Positions 40,402 to 52,922 are shown, numbered from the stretch's first letter. The stretch is 64,000 bases of DNA from Lachnospiraceae bacterium (GCA_016284315.1 JAEEOO010000011.1:34106-98105); one strand, 5' to 3'. Numbers and translations: made by a program. The notes: generated by a model from the sequence alone, not told the origin.

Positions 40402-42957
40402 CTACTTCAATCTGATATAAGTAACAAAGTTGTTTCCGTGCTCGTCAAACAGTTCCGAAGCTTTGGTGTAGGAAATCTTTTCAAGGGTTCCCTTTGAAGG
40501 ATCAAAGGCTACTATAACAGAATTTGTATCGTTATAGCCTACTATCAAAAGCGCTTCATCATCACCTGTCATGACAAGTACCGGCGTTTCAATATTAACA
40601 TAGTATAACAGCATGTCAAGTTCGCATTCTGCCAGATCCAAGGTCTTACATCCTTCAAGATTATCATTCATTATCTTAAGGACGGAGTCTCCGTTTTCAA
40701 GCAGATACTGGGGATTCCTGATAACTCCTTCGTTTGTAAGAAGGGCATCAAGACATGCAGCAAGAGAAGTTTCCCCTTCAGCAGTATTTCTGGCCTCGAT
40801 GGCCATGATCTGATTTTTGCTGCTTCTTGGAGTACGCTTCCAAATAATGTCTCCCCTAAGGTCTTCCACCCAACCCGCTTTAACATTTGCAAGTTCAATG
40901 GCATTTGTGGGAAGGTTGAATATATCAGCAACTCCGTATGCATCATAAACAACATATCTGTCGCTGGGCTCTATGTCGATCTCAAGATCACGGCCGCCCT
41001 CGTAAACAACTTCCTTGGGAATGACCACCTTAAGCGATGAGCTGTTTACTTCCTTGGGAAGCTGAAGTTGGACATAAGTTTTGTAAATATCAACTACTGC
41101 TGTGGCGTCGGTTACATTTGCGCTGCTTCCCATGTCTTCTGCAGTTATATAATCCGGCTTTTCTTCTTTTACCCTGCCGTTATCATCAATGGAAACGCGT
41201 TTTAAGGTAAGCTGATTTTCATTTAGATCCACACTTACAACATAAATTCCCTCATACTCATAATTCTTGATGATATTTCCTTCCTCATCACAGATTATGA
41301 TCCTGTACATAGGGAAGAAAAGTCTTCCGGAGTTCTCAACTCTTGTATCCGAAATATGAGCAATGCCGTAAATAACATCTTCACCGATGAATCCAAGGGA
41401 TCTTATTGAATCACCATCGGGTACACTTATCACCTTATCGTTTTCCGATTTAAGATTTGTAAGAGTAATGCTCTCAGCCAGCGTAGAATCGGCATATGAG
41501 CTGCGGCTTATAAGGATCCTGTGGTCACTCGAAGTAACCAATGTATCATCTCCGCCGAGATCATTTCTTACTTTATAGCTTCTGTTTTTAAGGTCTACAC
41601 AATATACCTTGTTCTCCAGTGCAAGGAAAAGATGCTCTTCCCTGTTAAGGTATAAAAGAGTATCAAGTTCAGCTGACAGTATTCCGGGAGTTCTCTCGTA
41701 AGGGATATAAATGATCTCTTCTATGGTGTTAAGCTTACCGTCAAACATGTAAACTTCGATACCGACTTCGCCTTCATGTCTTCCGCTGTTCATATAGCCG
41801 TAAACAGCAAATTTAATGGTTCCGCTTTCGTCGATATCAAGGATCTTTATACCGTGAGCACTGTAAATGGCTCTTGGATCGAACTCGTCGTCTCCGGAAA
41901 AAGCAAAGATCCTGGTAAGCTTATTTTCCTTTGACTGGTATGAATAAAGTCTTCCCGCTGAAATAAATGCTACGGTATTTCCGTCCTCGCTGGTGGAATA
42001 ATCAACTCCCCTGTCGGCAATACCGAGAACGATCTTGTCGTTGATGCAAAGCTTCTTCTCATTGGGAAGCTGTTCCATGGATCTCTGGTAATCGATAAGG
42101 AGCATTCTCTCCTTACCGGTCTTGATCCTGAAGTACTCCGTTAACCTATAGTAAACCTTGTCATCATCTTTTCCCGTAAAGACAATGTAGTCGGTAGTTA
42201 TCTCCGCCATCTGATCGGAGATCTCTTTAAGAGATATGCTTGGCTCCTCAAGCTGAACGGGAGCAAGATCACCATAGGTTATCTGATCAAGGCTTGAGTG
42301 AATGTCAACGCTGGCAAAGCTGGAGTTATCGTTAAGAGAGGAATTTGTCTCTATATATTTCCTGATATCAGCTGCGTTTTCCTTGTCAAAAAGCCTGTCG
42401 TGAAAGTCCTGTACAAAGGCAATCTTTTCATCGGCTCGTAACTCATCGCCCCAAATAACATCGGTATAGAAATACAGTTCCTTTTCATTAACCGTTGTCA
42501 CTTTAAGTTCAAGGGAATAGATAGTATCCTTATCCAAAAGATCCTTAAAGGTTACTTTTCCGCTGACAGTCTTTCCCTTACCCTTGTAATCTGTCACTTC
42601 ACCGTTTTCGATGAGACGCTCTCCCGATGTAGTCCTAAGCTCATAGGAAATACCTTCGATACTGTTACCGTAGGTATCGATCCTAAAGGAAATGCTTCTG
42701 TCCTCGGAAAGAACCGAAATGTTCTCGGACGCTTCGCTTACATACTGACGATTAACATATCCATGTACTTCGTTATATACCACACCGTTGCAGACCATGT
42801 TCATAACGGGAAATTCCGCACTCTTAAGGTCCATGGTGATATTATCCCTGTCCGCATTCAAAACATGTGACGCACCAACAAGGGTCACAATAAACACCGC
42901 AATAAGAACAGCGATACGTATTGAATTCTTTTTCAAATTCGTGTAATTGATCTTCAT
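40402..42957 (-). CDS. Large membrane-anchored extracellular hypothetical protein
   Basis: 851-aa ORF, N-terminal TM, beta-rich middle, C-terminal PVL...LLIVGYND segment. Confidence 0.75.
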   Translation of the reverse strand: MKINYTNLKKNSIRIAVLIAVFIVTLVGASHVLNADRDNITMDLKSAEFPVMNMVCNGVVYNEVHGYVNRQYVSEASENISVLSEDRSISFRIDTYGNSIEGISYELRTTSGERLIENGEVTDYKGKGKTVSGKVTFKDLLDKDTIYSLELKVTTVNEKELYFYTDVIWGDELRADEKIAFVQDFHDRLFDKENAADIRKYIETNSSLNDNSSFASVDIHSSLDQITYGDLAPVQLEEPSISLKEISDQMAEITTDYIVFTGKDDDKVYYRLTEYFRIKTGKERMLLIDYQRSMEQLPNEKKLCINDKIVLGIADRGVDYSTSEDGNTVAFISAGRLYSYQSKENKLTRIFAFSGDDEFDPRAIYSAHGIKILDIDESGTIKFAVYGYMNSGRHEGEVGIEVYMFDGKLNTIEEIIYIPYERTPGILSAELDTLLYLNREEHLFLALENKVYCVDLKNRSYKVRNDLGGDDTLVTSSDHRILISRSSYADSTLAESITLTNLKSENDKVISVPDGDSIRSLGFIGEDVIYGIAHISDTRVENSGRLFFPMYRIIICDEEGNIIKNYEYEGIYVVSVDLNENQLTLKRVSIDDNGRVKEEKPDYITAEDMGSSANVTDATAVVDIYKTYVQLQLPKEVNSSSLKVVIPKEVVYEGGRDLEIDIEPSDRYVVYDAYGVADIFNLPTNAIELANVKAGWVEDLRGDIIWKRTPRSSKNQIMAIEARNTAEGETSLAACLDALLTNEGVIRNPQYLLENGDSVLKIMNDNLEGCKTLDLAECELDMLLYYVNIETPVLVMTGDDEALLIVGYNDTNSVIVAFDPSKGTLEKISYTKASELFDEHGNNFVTYIRLK

Positions 42958-42973
42958 ATTTAATATAACCTTA

Positions 42974-43000
42974 AAGAGGCGCCCTATGCGGACGCCTCTT
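42974..43000 (-). terminator. Hairpin after atpC
   Basis: AAGAGGCG(T)CC/GG(G)CGCCTCTT stem. Confidence 0.55.
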
Positions 43001-43020
43001 AGATTGTATCATAGATTGTT

Positions 43021-43422
43021 TTATTTTAAAACATTAATACGTGCCATCGCTCTCTGAAGCGCTGTTTCTGCCCTTGCAACATCAAGGTTTTCGTATCTGT
43101 TCTTGAGCCTGTCTTTGGCACGCTCCAAAGCCTCGGTTGCTCGCTTCTCATCAATTTCATCGGGCCATTCGACGATCTCTGCAAGTACAGAGATCTTGTC
43201 GGGAAGGATCTCGGCAAAGCCTGCGTGCAAAGCCGCTATCCTCTCGCCTTCTTTTTCGTGGATACGAAGTATTCCGGGCTTCACGATCACCGTAAGGGGA
43301 ATATGACCGGGATAAACACCGATCTCGCCCTCGGTAGTATTAAATTCTACCATCTCCGCTTCTCCCTCGTAGAAAACTCTCTCCGGGGTAATGATACGGA
43401 GTGCGAACATATTGTCAGCCAT
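43021..43422 (-). CDS. atpC: F1Fo ATP synthase epsilon subunit
   Basis: IITPER, GEIGVYPGHIP, EIDEKRA; last gene of atp operon. Confidence 0.93.
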   Translation of the reverse strand: MADNMFALRIITPERVFYEGEAEMVEFNTTEGEIGVYPGHIPLTVIVKPGILRIHEKEGERIAALHAGFAEILPDKISVLAEIVEWPDEIDEKRATEALERAKDRLKNRYENLDVARAETALQRAMARINVLK

Positions 43423-43451
43423 AGATGCTCCTTTTAATGTAAGCAAACAAC

Positions 43452-44852
<1,401 letters not shown>

Positions 44853-44925
44853 TTATAACCTCATTTCTGCCGCCCTAAGCGGCTGCCATATGGTTGTATG
44901 CCATTCTTTGAAAAATGGCTGCCTG

Positions 44926-45777
44926 TCATCCGATTGCTTCCGAACCGGCGATAATTTCTGTAAGTTCCTGAGTAATGGATCCCTGACGGGCTCTGTTGTA
45001 CTGGAGCGACAATTTATCGATCATCTCTTCCGCATTGCTGGTCGCATTGTCCATGGCCTGCATACGGGCTCCGTTCTCAGAAGCGATAGCCTCCTTCAAG
45101 CCGCCGTATATCAGGCTGCTGATATACTTGGGAATGATCATGTCTATCGCATCCACATCCTCGGGTTCAAAGTTCATTATCGCAGAAGCTTCGTCTTCCT
45201 CACCCTCTGCCTCAACAGGCAAAAGCTTTATAAGTCTGGGCTCCTGACTCACGGTATTTTTAAAGAAGGTGTATGCCAGGTAAATCTCTCCGATCTCTCC
45301 TGCTTCAAATGAGGAAAGGAGTCTTGCGGTAAGAGCATTTACTTCGGAATACAGAGGATCCTCGATTATCTCGGGGAGATCCTCCTTGATGGTGTATCCG
45401 TATCTTGCAAAAGCCTCACGGCCCTTGTTACCGATGGTGTACACGTCAAGGTCTTCTTTTCTGAAAGCATCATTTCTGGTGATCAGTTTCACCACATTGG
45501 AATTATAGCCGCCGGCCAAACCTCTGTTGGAGGTTATTACGACCACAGCCTTTCTCGGGGATTCCCCGGGGATCAGGTATCTGTGCTCGATATGTCCCAC
45601 ACGTGAAAGAATACTGTTCACGGTACGGAACATACTGTCAAAGTAATACTGGGACTTTTCCGCTGCCGCCCTGGCTCTCTGAAGCTTAACGGTTGATACC
45701 AGCTTCATGGCCTTGGTGATCTGCTGAGTTCCCTGAATACTTGACCTGCGGCGTTTAATATCGCGCATTGATGCCAT
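44926..45777 (-). CDS. atpG: F1Fo ATP synthase gamma subunit
   Basis: ITKAMKLVS, TSNRGLAGGYN, RARQGSITQEL. Confidence 0.96.
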   Translation of the reverse strand: MASMRDIKRRRSSIQGTQQITKAMKLVSTVKLQRARAAAEKSQYYFDSMFRTVNSILSRVGHIEHRYLIPGESPRKAVVVITSNRGLAGGYNSNVVKLITRNDAFRKEDLDVYTIGNKGREAFARYGYTIKEDLPEIIEDPLYSEVNALTARLLSSFEAGEIGEIYLAYTFFKNTVSQEPRLIKLLPVEAEGEEDEASAIMNFEPEDVDAIDMIIPKYISSLIYGGLKEAIASENGARMQAMDNATSNAEEMIDKLSLQYNRARQGSITQELTEIIAGSEAIG

Positions 45778-45802
45778 AGTCAATTACCTCTTTTTAAATG
45801 TT

Positions 45803-47314
45803 CTAGGCTTTGAGGAATTCGCCCTTGAACTGTACGATCGCATCCTTAAGTCTACCCTCGAGCTCGTCGGTGATAACCTTGTCGGTAGCAATGGTATTGG
45901 GAATATCGGGGTACTTGGTATCCAAGAACTCGAAGAATTCCTTCTCAAAGCGAATGATATCCTCAACGGGAACATCCAACAGATATTTTCTGGTAACAGC
46001 GTAAATAATGATTACCTGGTACTGTACCGGCATAGGTGAATACTGAGGTTGCTTAAGAACCTCTTTGATCCTTTCACCTTGTGCAAGCTTTTCCTTGGTA
46101 TCATTATCAAGTTCCGATCCGAACTGTGCGAAGGATGCAAGCTCTCTGTACTGAGCAAGCTCGGTACGAATGGGAGATGCGATCTTCTTCATAGCCTTGA
46201 TCTGTGCCGCACCACCTACACGGGATACGGAAAGACCTGCGTTAACAGCGGGACGGAATCCGGAGTTGAACATCTCTGTCTCAAGATAGATCTGACCATC
46301 GGTGATTGAGATAACGTTGGTAGGGATGTATGCTGATACGTCGCCTGCCTGGGTCTCAATGATGGGAAGTGCGGTGAGTGAACCTCCGCCGTACTCGTCG
46401 CTCATACGAGCTGCACGCTCAAGAAGTCTTGAGTGGAGATAGAATACGTCTCCGGGATATGCCTCACGTCCGGGTGGACGACGGAGGAGCAAGGAGAGTG
46501 TACGGTATGCGGTAGCGTGCTTACTTAGGTCATCGTAAATGACTAGCACGTCCTGTCCGTTCTCCATCCATTCCTCACCGATCGCACATCCTGAGTAAGG
46601 AGCGATGTACTGAAGGGGTGCAAGGTCGCTGGCTGTCGATACAACAACGGTTGTATATGCCATTGCGCCAAACTCCTCCAGAGTTTTAACGATGTTTGCA
46701 ACGGTAGAAGCCTTCTGACCGATTGCAACATAAATACATTTTACATTCTGACCCTTCTGGTTGATGATCGTATCGATAGCGATAGCGGTCTTACCTGTCT
46801 GACGGTCACCGATAATGAGCTCACGCTGTCCACGTCCGATGGGAACCATGGAGTCGATAGCTTTGATACCGGTCTGAAGAGGAGTGTCAACGCTCTTACG
46901 TGTAATAACGCCGCTTGCAACTCTCTCAATCTTACGATATTTGGTTGTCTGGATGGGTCCCTTGCCATCGATGGGCTGACCAAGGGCATTAACAACTCTG
47001 CCGAGCATTGCATCACCAACGGGTACCTCAACTACTCGACCGGTAGTCTTAACGAGGTCACCTTCGTTAATGTTCCTGGAATTTCCGAGAAGAACGACAC
47101 CGACGTTGTCTTCCTCAAGGTTGAGGACCATTCCGTAGATGTCGCCGGGGAACTCGAGGAGCTCACCCTGCATCGCATTCTCAAGACCGTGAACACGCGC
47201 AATACCGTCCGCCACCTGAATGACCGTACCTACATCAGCTACATCAAGGGTCGATGCATATCTTTTAATCTGTTCCTTGATGACAGAACTTATTTCTTCA
47301 GGTTTTAAATTCAT
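45803..47314 (-). CDS. atpA: F1Fo ATP synthase alpha subunit
   Basis: [29 protein letters not shown]. Confidence 0.98.
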   Translation of the reverse strand: MNLKPEEISSVIKEQIKRYASTLDVADVGTVIQVADGIARVHGLENAMQGELLEFPGDIYGMVLNLEEDNVGVVLLGNSRNINEGDLVKTTGRVVEVPVGDAMLGRVVNALGQPIDGKGPIQTTKYRKIERVASGVITRKSVDTPLQTGIKAIDSMVPIGRGQRELIIGDRQTGKTAIAIDTIINQKGQNVKCIYVAIGQKASTVANIVKTLEEFGAMAYTTVVVSTASDLAPLQYIAPYSGCAIGEEWMENGQDVLVIYDDLSKHATAYRTLSLLLRRPPGREAYPGDVFYLHSRLLERAARMSDEYGGGSLTALPIIETQAGDVSAYIPTNVISITDGQIYLETEMFNSGFRPAVNAGLSVSRVGGAAQIKAMKKIASPIRTELAQYRELASFAQFGSELDNDTKEKLAQGERIKEVLKQPQYSPMPVQYQVIIIYAVTRKYLLDVPVEDIIRFEKEFFEFLDTKYPDIPNTIATDKVITDELEGRLKDAIVQFKGEFLKA

Positions 47315-47344
47315 TGCCTTAATAGCACCTTTCTTCCTACCGGG

Positions 47345-47893
47345 TTACCCCAGCTGGAGTTCTAATAATTCCTTTGTTAAATCGTTCAATCTGCTCTTGA
47401 TACTTGAATCCACCACGCGGTCTCCGATTCGGATGACCATTCCGCCTATGAGTGAAGGATCTACAGAATAATTCATCTCGATGGTTTTGTAATCCGTTGT
47501 CTCGAGAAGTTTATTTTTAACTTTGCTCTGTCCTTCAAGATCAAGGCTCTTGGGTGTTACGACGTATGCAACGCCGATTCCCGCAGATTCTTTCTCTTTG
47601 TCGATGAAGTATTGGAATATCGCGTCGATGTCACCGAATCTCTCTTTGTCTACTATGACTCTGAGAAAGCCCGTGATCTCTTCGCTGGTCCTTCCCTTGA
47701 ACACTTCTTCAACTGTCTTCAGCTTATCCTGTTTCGCTATTCCCGGGTGAAGCATAAGCTTACAGAACTCGGGATTGGATTTAAGTATCTCTCGCACAGA
47801 TTGAATTTCCTCTAGCATCTCAGATGCTTTGTTTTCCTCGTGCGCAAGCTCAAATAGGGCTTCGCCGTAGGTCTTGGAAACTAATTTTGCCAT
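47345..47893 (-). CDS. atpH: F1Fo ATP synthase delta subunit
   Basis: YGEALFELA, VDPSLIGGMVIRIGDRVVDSS. Confidence 0.93.
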   Translation of the reverse strand: MAKLVSKTYGEALFELAHEENKASEMLEEIQSVREILKSNPEFCKLMLHPGIAKQDKLKTVEEVFKGRTSEEITGFLRVIVDKERFGDIDAIFQYFIDKEKESAGIGVAYVVTPKSLDLEGQSKVKNKLLETTDYKTIEMNYSVDPSLIGGMVIRIGDRVVDSSIKSRLNDLTKELLELQLG

Positions 47894-48420
47894 GTGCTTT
47901 TACCTATTTCCTTAAGCGTGTCTTCTACCAACTTGTCCTGTACGGTGGTATCAATTTGTTCGGATACAACCTTCTCTGCTATCATTGAAGCAATCACGAT
48001 CATCTCGCGCTTAACTTCATCCATTGCCTTCTGCTTTTCAAGTTCTGCCTCATTACGCGCATGAGCAAGAATTCTCTGAGCCTCTTCCTTGGCTTCATTG
48101 ATTGTCCTTGTCTCACCTTCAAGGGCGCGCTTACGAGCATTGCTCAGGATCTCTTCAGCTTCTTTATCTATGTTCTTAAGCTTATTCTCATATTCGGCTT
48201 TAAGCTTTTCCGCAGATTCCTTAACACCGCTTGCTTCATCGATCTCATCCTGAATCTTCTGCTTACGATTGTTCATGAATTTACGGACCGGGTTGAACAA
48301 AAGAAGACTGAATGCAAAAAACAAAACGAAGATAGCAATTACAGAAAGAAAGAAGTCAGCTCCAAGCTGAAGATCCAGACCAAACAATCTGGACATTGAT
48401 TCTCCTTCCAATAGTACCAT
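47881..48420 (-). CDS. atpF: F1Fo ATP synthase b subunit
   Basis: N-terminal TM then coiled coil (FNPV..FM..RKQKI); alternative start 48396. Confidence 0.9.
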   Translation of the reverse strand: MVLLEGESMSRLFGLDLQLGADFFLSVIAIFVLFFAFSLLLFNPVRKFMNNRKQKIQDEIDEASGVKESAEKLKAEYENKLKNIDKEAEEILSNARKRALEGETRTINEAKEEAQRILAHARNEAELEKQKAMDEVKREMIVIASMIAEKVVSEQIDTTVQDKLVEDTLKEIGKSTWQN

Positions 48421-48468
48421 TCGTTTTCTCCTTTCAGTTAAACCTTGCGTCCTGCATTGGCTCGTTTA

Positions 48469-48816
<348 letters not shown>

Positions 48817-49545
48817 TTACTTGTCGCCTCGCGCATTCGAAATGTATGTCATGGTCAGCATACAGAATACATATGTCTGTATCGCGCCTGAGAACAGATC
48901 GAAGTACACATGCAGTGCAGCGGGCCAACCTGTCGCTATCCATTTTAATAGTCCGTAAATGAGGGCCATCATAACGGTTCCTGAGAGCACGTTCGCAAAT
49001 AGACGAAGGCTCAATGAGATAGGTACCGCAATATCTGAAATGATATTGATGGGCAGCCATATAGGGAGCCATGGCGGCAGGGGAGAACATTTGTCTTTCC
49101 AAATGTCTATGGGCTTGTTATGGGTCCAGGTATTAACATGGATCAGTACAAACGTGATCACGCCGAGGGCCAGCGTCGTTCCGTAGTCGGCTGTCGGTGG
49201 TCTTAATCCCAATAGACCTGAAATGTTGCTAAACAATATGAATAAGAAGATAGTTCCGATGTAGTTGTAAAACTTTGGAGCTGCACGGCCCATAGTTTTA
49301 TCAACGATACCATCGAGAAATTCCACTATTGTTTCCACAACATTCTGGAATCCGCTTGGCACGTCTTTTGCCTTGGCAATGCATCTGTTCGCTGCGATTG
49401 CAAAGCCTAAAAGTATAAGCATTACAATCAAGAGGCAGACATGGGTGGTGGTAATCCAAACTTCTCCTAAACCGAAGAAATTATATTTGAAAATACCATG
49501 CACCATAAAATCGATGTCATCGGCAAGCAAAACGCAGTAGTTCAT
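48817..49545 (-). CDS. atpB: F1Fo ATP synthase a subunit
   Basis: PPTAD, SLSLRLFAN, IQTYVFCMLT. Confidence 0.93.
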   Translation of the reverse strand: MNYCVLLADDIDFMVHGIFKYNFFGLGEVWITTTHVCLLIVMLILLGFAIAANRCIAKAKDVPSGFQNVVETIVEFLDGIVDKTMGRAAPKFYNYIGTIFLFILFSNISGLLGLRPPTADYGTTLALGVITFVLIHVNTWTHNKPIDIWKDKCSPLPPWLPIWLPINIISDIAVPISLSLRLFANVLSGTVMMALIYGLLKWIATGWPAALHVYFDLFSGAIQTYVFCMLTMTYISNARGDK

Positions 49546-49593
49546 AGCTTCACCTCCTTACCTGTTTTATAGTAGGTCAAATATTTAATTATA

Positions 49594-50079
49594 TTAGTGC
49601 ACATTATCAACATCCCCGCCTTCACTTTCTGCTTCTCTGAGGGCATTGTATTCTTCCTCTGTTATGGGCTCGGGATCGGCCTCATGAAATATCTTGTTGT
49701 AGACTTTGTGTGTCCAAGGCTGTATCAGTGCTCCCACCTTGAGGGACATATATCCCAAGAATGCAAGGAGCGGATTGAAGATCTTTGTTATGCATATCAC
49801 CGCAAAGACTGCTACAACAACCGTATATCTGAGTATATAAGCAATGGTTATCTTCTTTTTGGCTTGCGCCTCGGGAAAATCAAGGGCTCTGTCCAGGCTT
49901 CTGTACATATGAATAGAGGAAGCAAGGGCAAGCACTGTTCCTATCCATAAAGAAGCGGAATGTATCAAAAGGGTTTTACTGAAAATGCAAAGCACGATCT
50001 CACAGATCGCGGAAAAGACCACCATTCCCGTCCAAAGTTCAAGAATGGTCCTGTTTAGTTTTTTAAGAAAGGTTGTCAT
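49594..50079 (-). CDS. atpI: ATP synthase accessory protein I-like
   Basis: Four TM helices with YILRY motif, directly upstream of atpB. Confidence 0.7.
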   Translation of the reverse strand: MTTFLKKLNRTILELWTGMVVFSAICEIVLCIFSKTLLIHSASLWIGTVLALASSIHMYRSLDRALDFPEAQAKKKITIAYILRYTVVVAVFAVICITKIFNPLLAFLGYMSLKVGALIQPWTHKVYNKIFHEADPEPITEEEYNALREAESEGGDVDNVH

Positions 50080-50455
50080 TATCTTTCTCCGGAGTCTTTT
50101 CTATTTCAGTTTCAGGACCTTTTATACCTGCTTTTTCATTATCTGAAGAGACAGAGTTTCTGACCGGGCGATTTAAAATATTTCGCTCGGGTTCCTTTGT
50201 CTTTTCATTTGCAATTTTCATCGCCAGCCGGTAAACAGCCTGTCCGCCGGCAATAGCACCGACGAAAAAACATACTATGATAATCCAGGAAGTGTGAAAA
50301 TACTTGTCAAGAAAATATCCGCCCGTCGAAAGACCTCCGATGGGCACCAGCATGTATAGAGTAAATTGTGTGATAAGGCTTAAATTTCGGTATATGCTGC
50401 TGTTATCTTCTCTCTTCTTCCTTTTCTTTCCGTTATTACCAGATATGTCAGGCAT
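50063..50455 (-). CDS. AtpZ/AtpI-family small membrane protein
   Basis: LITQF..MLVPI..GYFLDKYFHT two-TM motif; first gene of atp operon. Confidence 0.7.
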   Translation of the reverse strand: MPDISGNNGKKRKKREDNSSIYRNLSLITQFTLYMLVPIGGLSTGGYFLDKYFHTSWIIIVCFFVGAIAGGQAVYRLAMKIANEKTKEPERNILNRPVRNSVSSDNEKAGIKGPETEIEKTPEKDNDNLS

Positions 50456-50577
50456 TTTTCCCCCAGCAACCAAAAAATAAAGCATTAAAATATATCGATA
50501 ATTATAACTAAAAATTCAAAAAAAGTCTATAAAAAAAGCGACACTATGTTATAATTTATAAAATTGGAGGTCAAAGT

Positions 50578-51057
50578 ATGGAAAAGCTTAAAATTTTCAG
50601 AAAACGGATAATTCCCGCCGAATGTATCCTCCTAGATAAAGACGTTATTGTAGAAAAGACTGACGAACATATTATCACAAGCTGGCACACGATCCGTCCG
50701 AAAGAAGAGTTTGATCACGGCACTTCCTGTTATTTCTTAAATGAAGGTATTAAAATAAGCAAGTTTTACAGAAACGACAATTCGCTGCTTTACTGGTATT
50801 GTGATGTAGTTCAGTATGATTTTTCGGAAGATAAGACGGCTCTTACGGTTACGGATCTTTTGGCTGATGTGATCATTTACCCCAGCGGTCGCTATAAAGT
50901 TGTCGACCTTGATGAACTGGCAGATGCCAAGGAGCAAGGGCTTATAAGTGATGAACAGATGATAAGTTGCTTAAGGCAGCTCAATAACCTGCTTTCCATC
51001 ATCGCCCGTGATAAATTCGATCGTTTCCAGGCTTGTCTTGATTATAAGGGATTATAA
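50578..51057 (+). CDS. DUF402-family protein
   Basis: YWYCDV, TDLLADVII, VVDLDEL motifs. Confidence 0.7.
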   Translation: MEKLKIFRKRIIPAECILLDKDVIVEKTDEHIITSWHTIRPKEEFDHGTSCYFLNEGIKISKFYRNDNSLLYWYCDVVQYDFSEDKTALTVTDLLADVIIYPSGRYKVVDLDELADAKEQGLISDEQMISCLRQLNNLLSIIARDKFDRFQACLDYKGL

Positions 51058-51061
51058 ATAG

Positions 51062-51099
51062 AAAAAGACGGTTACCATCCTCGCGATGATAACCGTCTT
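51062..51099. terminator. Bidirectional terminator between convergent genes
   Basis: AAGACGGTTA.CATC/GATG.TAACCGTCTT inverted repeat. Confidence 0.7.
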
Positions 51100-51115
51100 A
51101 TGCTTTTTATATGTG

Positions 51116-52288
51116 TTAATAGAATATATGTCCACCAATGGATATTCCGGAAAGGCCCTCGATAGGGGTTCTGAAATATACGCAGGATCCGACATTTGAA
51201 TAGCCACTCATTGCTTCGTCCGCCGCTCGATAGCAGCTGTCGGTTGCTTTGTTCTGAGCAAGGGCAAGTGCCAGTCTTCCGCTTCCCGCAGGTGAGAACT
51301 GCTTAGGGGAGTAAATAACTCCGGATACGGAATCAGGAAAGACGCTGCTGAGCACACGGTTTATAACAACCGCACCAACGGCTACCTGTCCTTCGTAAGG
51401 TTCTCCGCCCGCTTCACAATAAATAAGGTTTGCAAGAAGGGTTCTGTCTCCTTCCGCAAATGATACATCGCTAATGTTTCTCCAGGTAGAATTCTGAGCC
51501 AGTCTCGACTTTGCCCTTTCCTCTTCGAGAAGTTTTTTCAGATACTCCATATCCTTTTCCTTCTCTTTTATCTGAGCTTCATACGCCTCAATCTGAGCCT
51601 CAGTTGCTGCTATCTGGCTACTGTAGGTATTGATGGACTGCTGAGTCTGTGCAACAATCTCTTCAACACGTTTTCTCTCAGCTTCTGCTTCTGCCTGAAG
51701 TTCTTCAAGAGCAATGTACTCTTCCTCAAGCCTTTTCTTTTCTTCGGCTATAAGAGCTCGGCTCTCTTTAAATTCCTTCAGCTTCTGCTGGTCGTACTCT
51801 TCGATCTTTCGATAATACTCTTCAAGATTAAGAAGCTTTGCAAGACTTCCGGCATGAAGGATCGCATTTATGATGCTTGTGTCGTTTCTCTCGTAAGTCT
51901 GCTTTACGCGAAGCACCATGCTTTGATACTGCTGTTCCTCGATAGAAATAGCTTCTTCAAGTGCAGCCTCTGCATTGGCGATATCAACTTCTTTAATGTT
52001 GATCTGGTCTTCAAGATCGTCCAAATGGTAACCGACTTCTTCAAGGGTTGTATTAAGTTCATAGAGCTTTCCCTGCAGGGTGTTTTTTTCCTGCTTAAGT
52101 CCGGTCAGCTCATTTTCATTCTGCTGTTGCTGTTGTTCAAGCTTTTCTTTTTCTTTCTGAGCCTGATCAATCTGTTGCTGAAGCGCTTGGACATTGCCGG
52201 CAGCGCTATGCATCGGGACACTGTACCATCCGGTCTGCATGATGGCAACACACAAAAGCAGTGAAAGTATTCTCCGCCACTTTTTCAA
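51116..52288 (-). CDS. Secreted coiled-coil cell wall hydrolase with C-terminal SleB-like (Hydrolase_2) domain
   Basis: Signal peptide, PcsB/CwlO-like coiled coil, LANLIYCEAGGEPYEGQVAVGAVVINRV, QFSP, IGGHIF. Confidence 0.85.
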   Translation of the reverse strand: MKKWRRILSLLLCVAIMQTGWYSVPMHSAAGNVQALQQQIDQAQKEKEKLEQQQQQNENELTGLKQEKNTLQGKLYELNTTLEEVGYHLDDLEDQINIKEVDIANAEAALEEAISIEEQQYQSMVLRVKQTYERNDTSIINAILHAGSLAKLLNLEEYYRKIEEYDQQKLKEFKESRALIAEEKKRLEEEYIALEELQAEAEAERKRVEEIVAQTQQSINTYSSQIAATEAQIEAYEAQIKEKEKDMEYLKKLLEEERAKSRLAQNSTWRNISDVSFAEGDRTLLANLIYCEAGGEPYEGQVAVGAVVINRVLSSVFPDSVSGVIYSPKQFSPAGSGRLALALAQNKATDSCYRAADEAMSGYSNVGSCVYFRTPIEGLSGISIGGHIFY

Positions 52289-52301
52289 ATCCGGTACCTC
52301 A

Positions 52302-52787
52302 TCAGATCATGATCTTGATTTCACGGCCTGTACGGCTGTAAGGGATATACTTTACACCGGCTGCATCAAACATTCTCTTTGCCGCACGGTTTGCCGGTGT
52401 ATTTTCGTATTTATCGCTGTCAAAGACTACCTTGCGGATGCCGGCCTGAATAATAGCTTTAGCGCATTCATTGCAGGGGAAAAGTGAAACATAAAGTCTC
52501 GCTCCTTCCAGGGAGCCACCGCGGTAATTCAAGATTGAGTTAAGTTCAGCGTGAGTAACATAGGCGTACTTGGTTTCATCAAGGATATCGCCGTCTCTTT
52601 CCCACGGGAAATCTTCATCGGAACATCCCTTGGGAAGTCCGTTGTAACCCATGGATAAAATCTTGTTGTCATCGCTTACAATACAGCATCCTACCTGAGT
52701 ATTGGGGTCCTTGGAGCGCAAGCCCGAAAGCTGTGCAACGCCCATGAAATACTCGTCCCATCCAATGTAGTCTTCTCTCTTTGGCAT
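52302..52787 (-). CDS. dCMP deaminase family protein
   Basis: RSKDP..VG, MGYNG, HAELN, PCNEC Zn motif. Confidence 0.9.
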   Translation of the reverse strand: MPKREDYIGWDEYFMGVAQLSGLRSKDPNTQVGCCIVSDDNKILSMGYNGLPKGCSDEDFPWERDGDILDETKYAYVTHAELNSILNYRGGSLEGARLYVSLFPCNECAKAIIQAGIRKVVFDSDKYENTPANRAAKRMFDAAGVKYIPYSRTGREIKIMI

Positions 52788-52814
52788 GATAAACCCTCAT
52801 AAAATATGTTTATA

Positions 52815-52922
52815 CAGAATGCACCAGAATACGGTGCATTCTGCGTGACACTCCGTGTGAAAAGGCTCGTAAATTCATCGAGACCTTTTCATGAGCCTTG
52901 TAAAACACACAAGACTCATCAC
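52815..52922 (-). repeat. Structured intergenic element, copy 1 (four-helix, after upp stop)
   Basis: Same helix order and loop/junction motifs as 61137-61251. Confidence 0.7.

Noticed and set aside
52885-52922. Hammerhead ribozyme (TGATGAG...GAAA) in the upp element
   Set aside because: Lacks the CUGANGA core and correct stem II-GAAA register; the pflB copy lacks the motif
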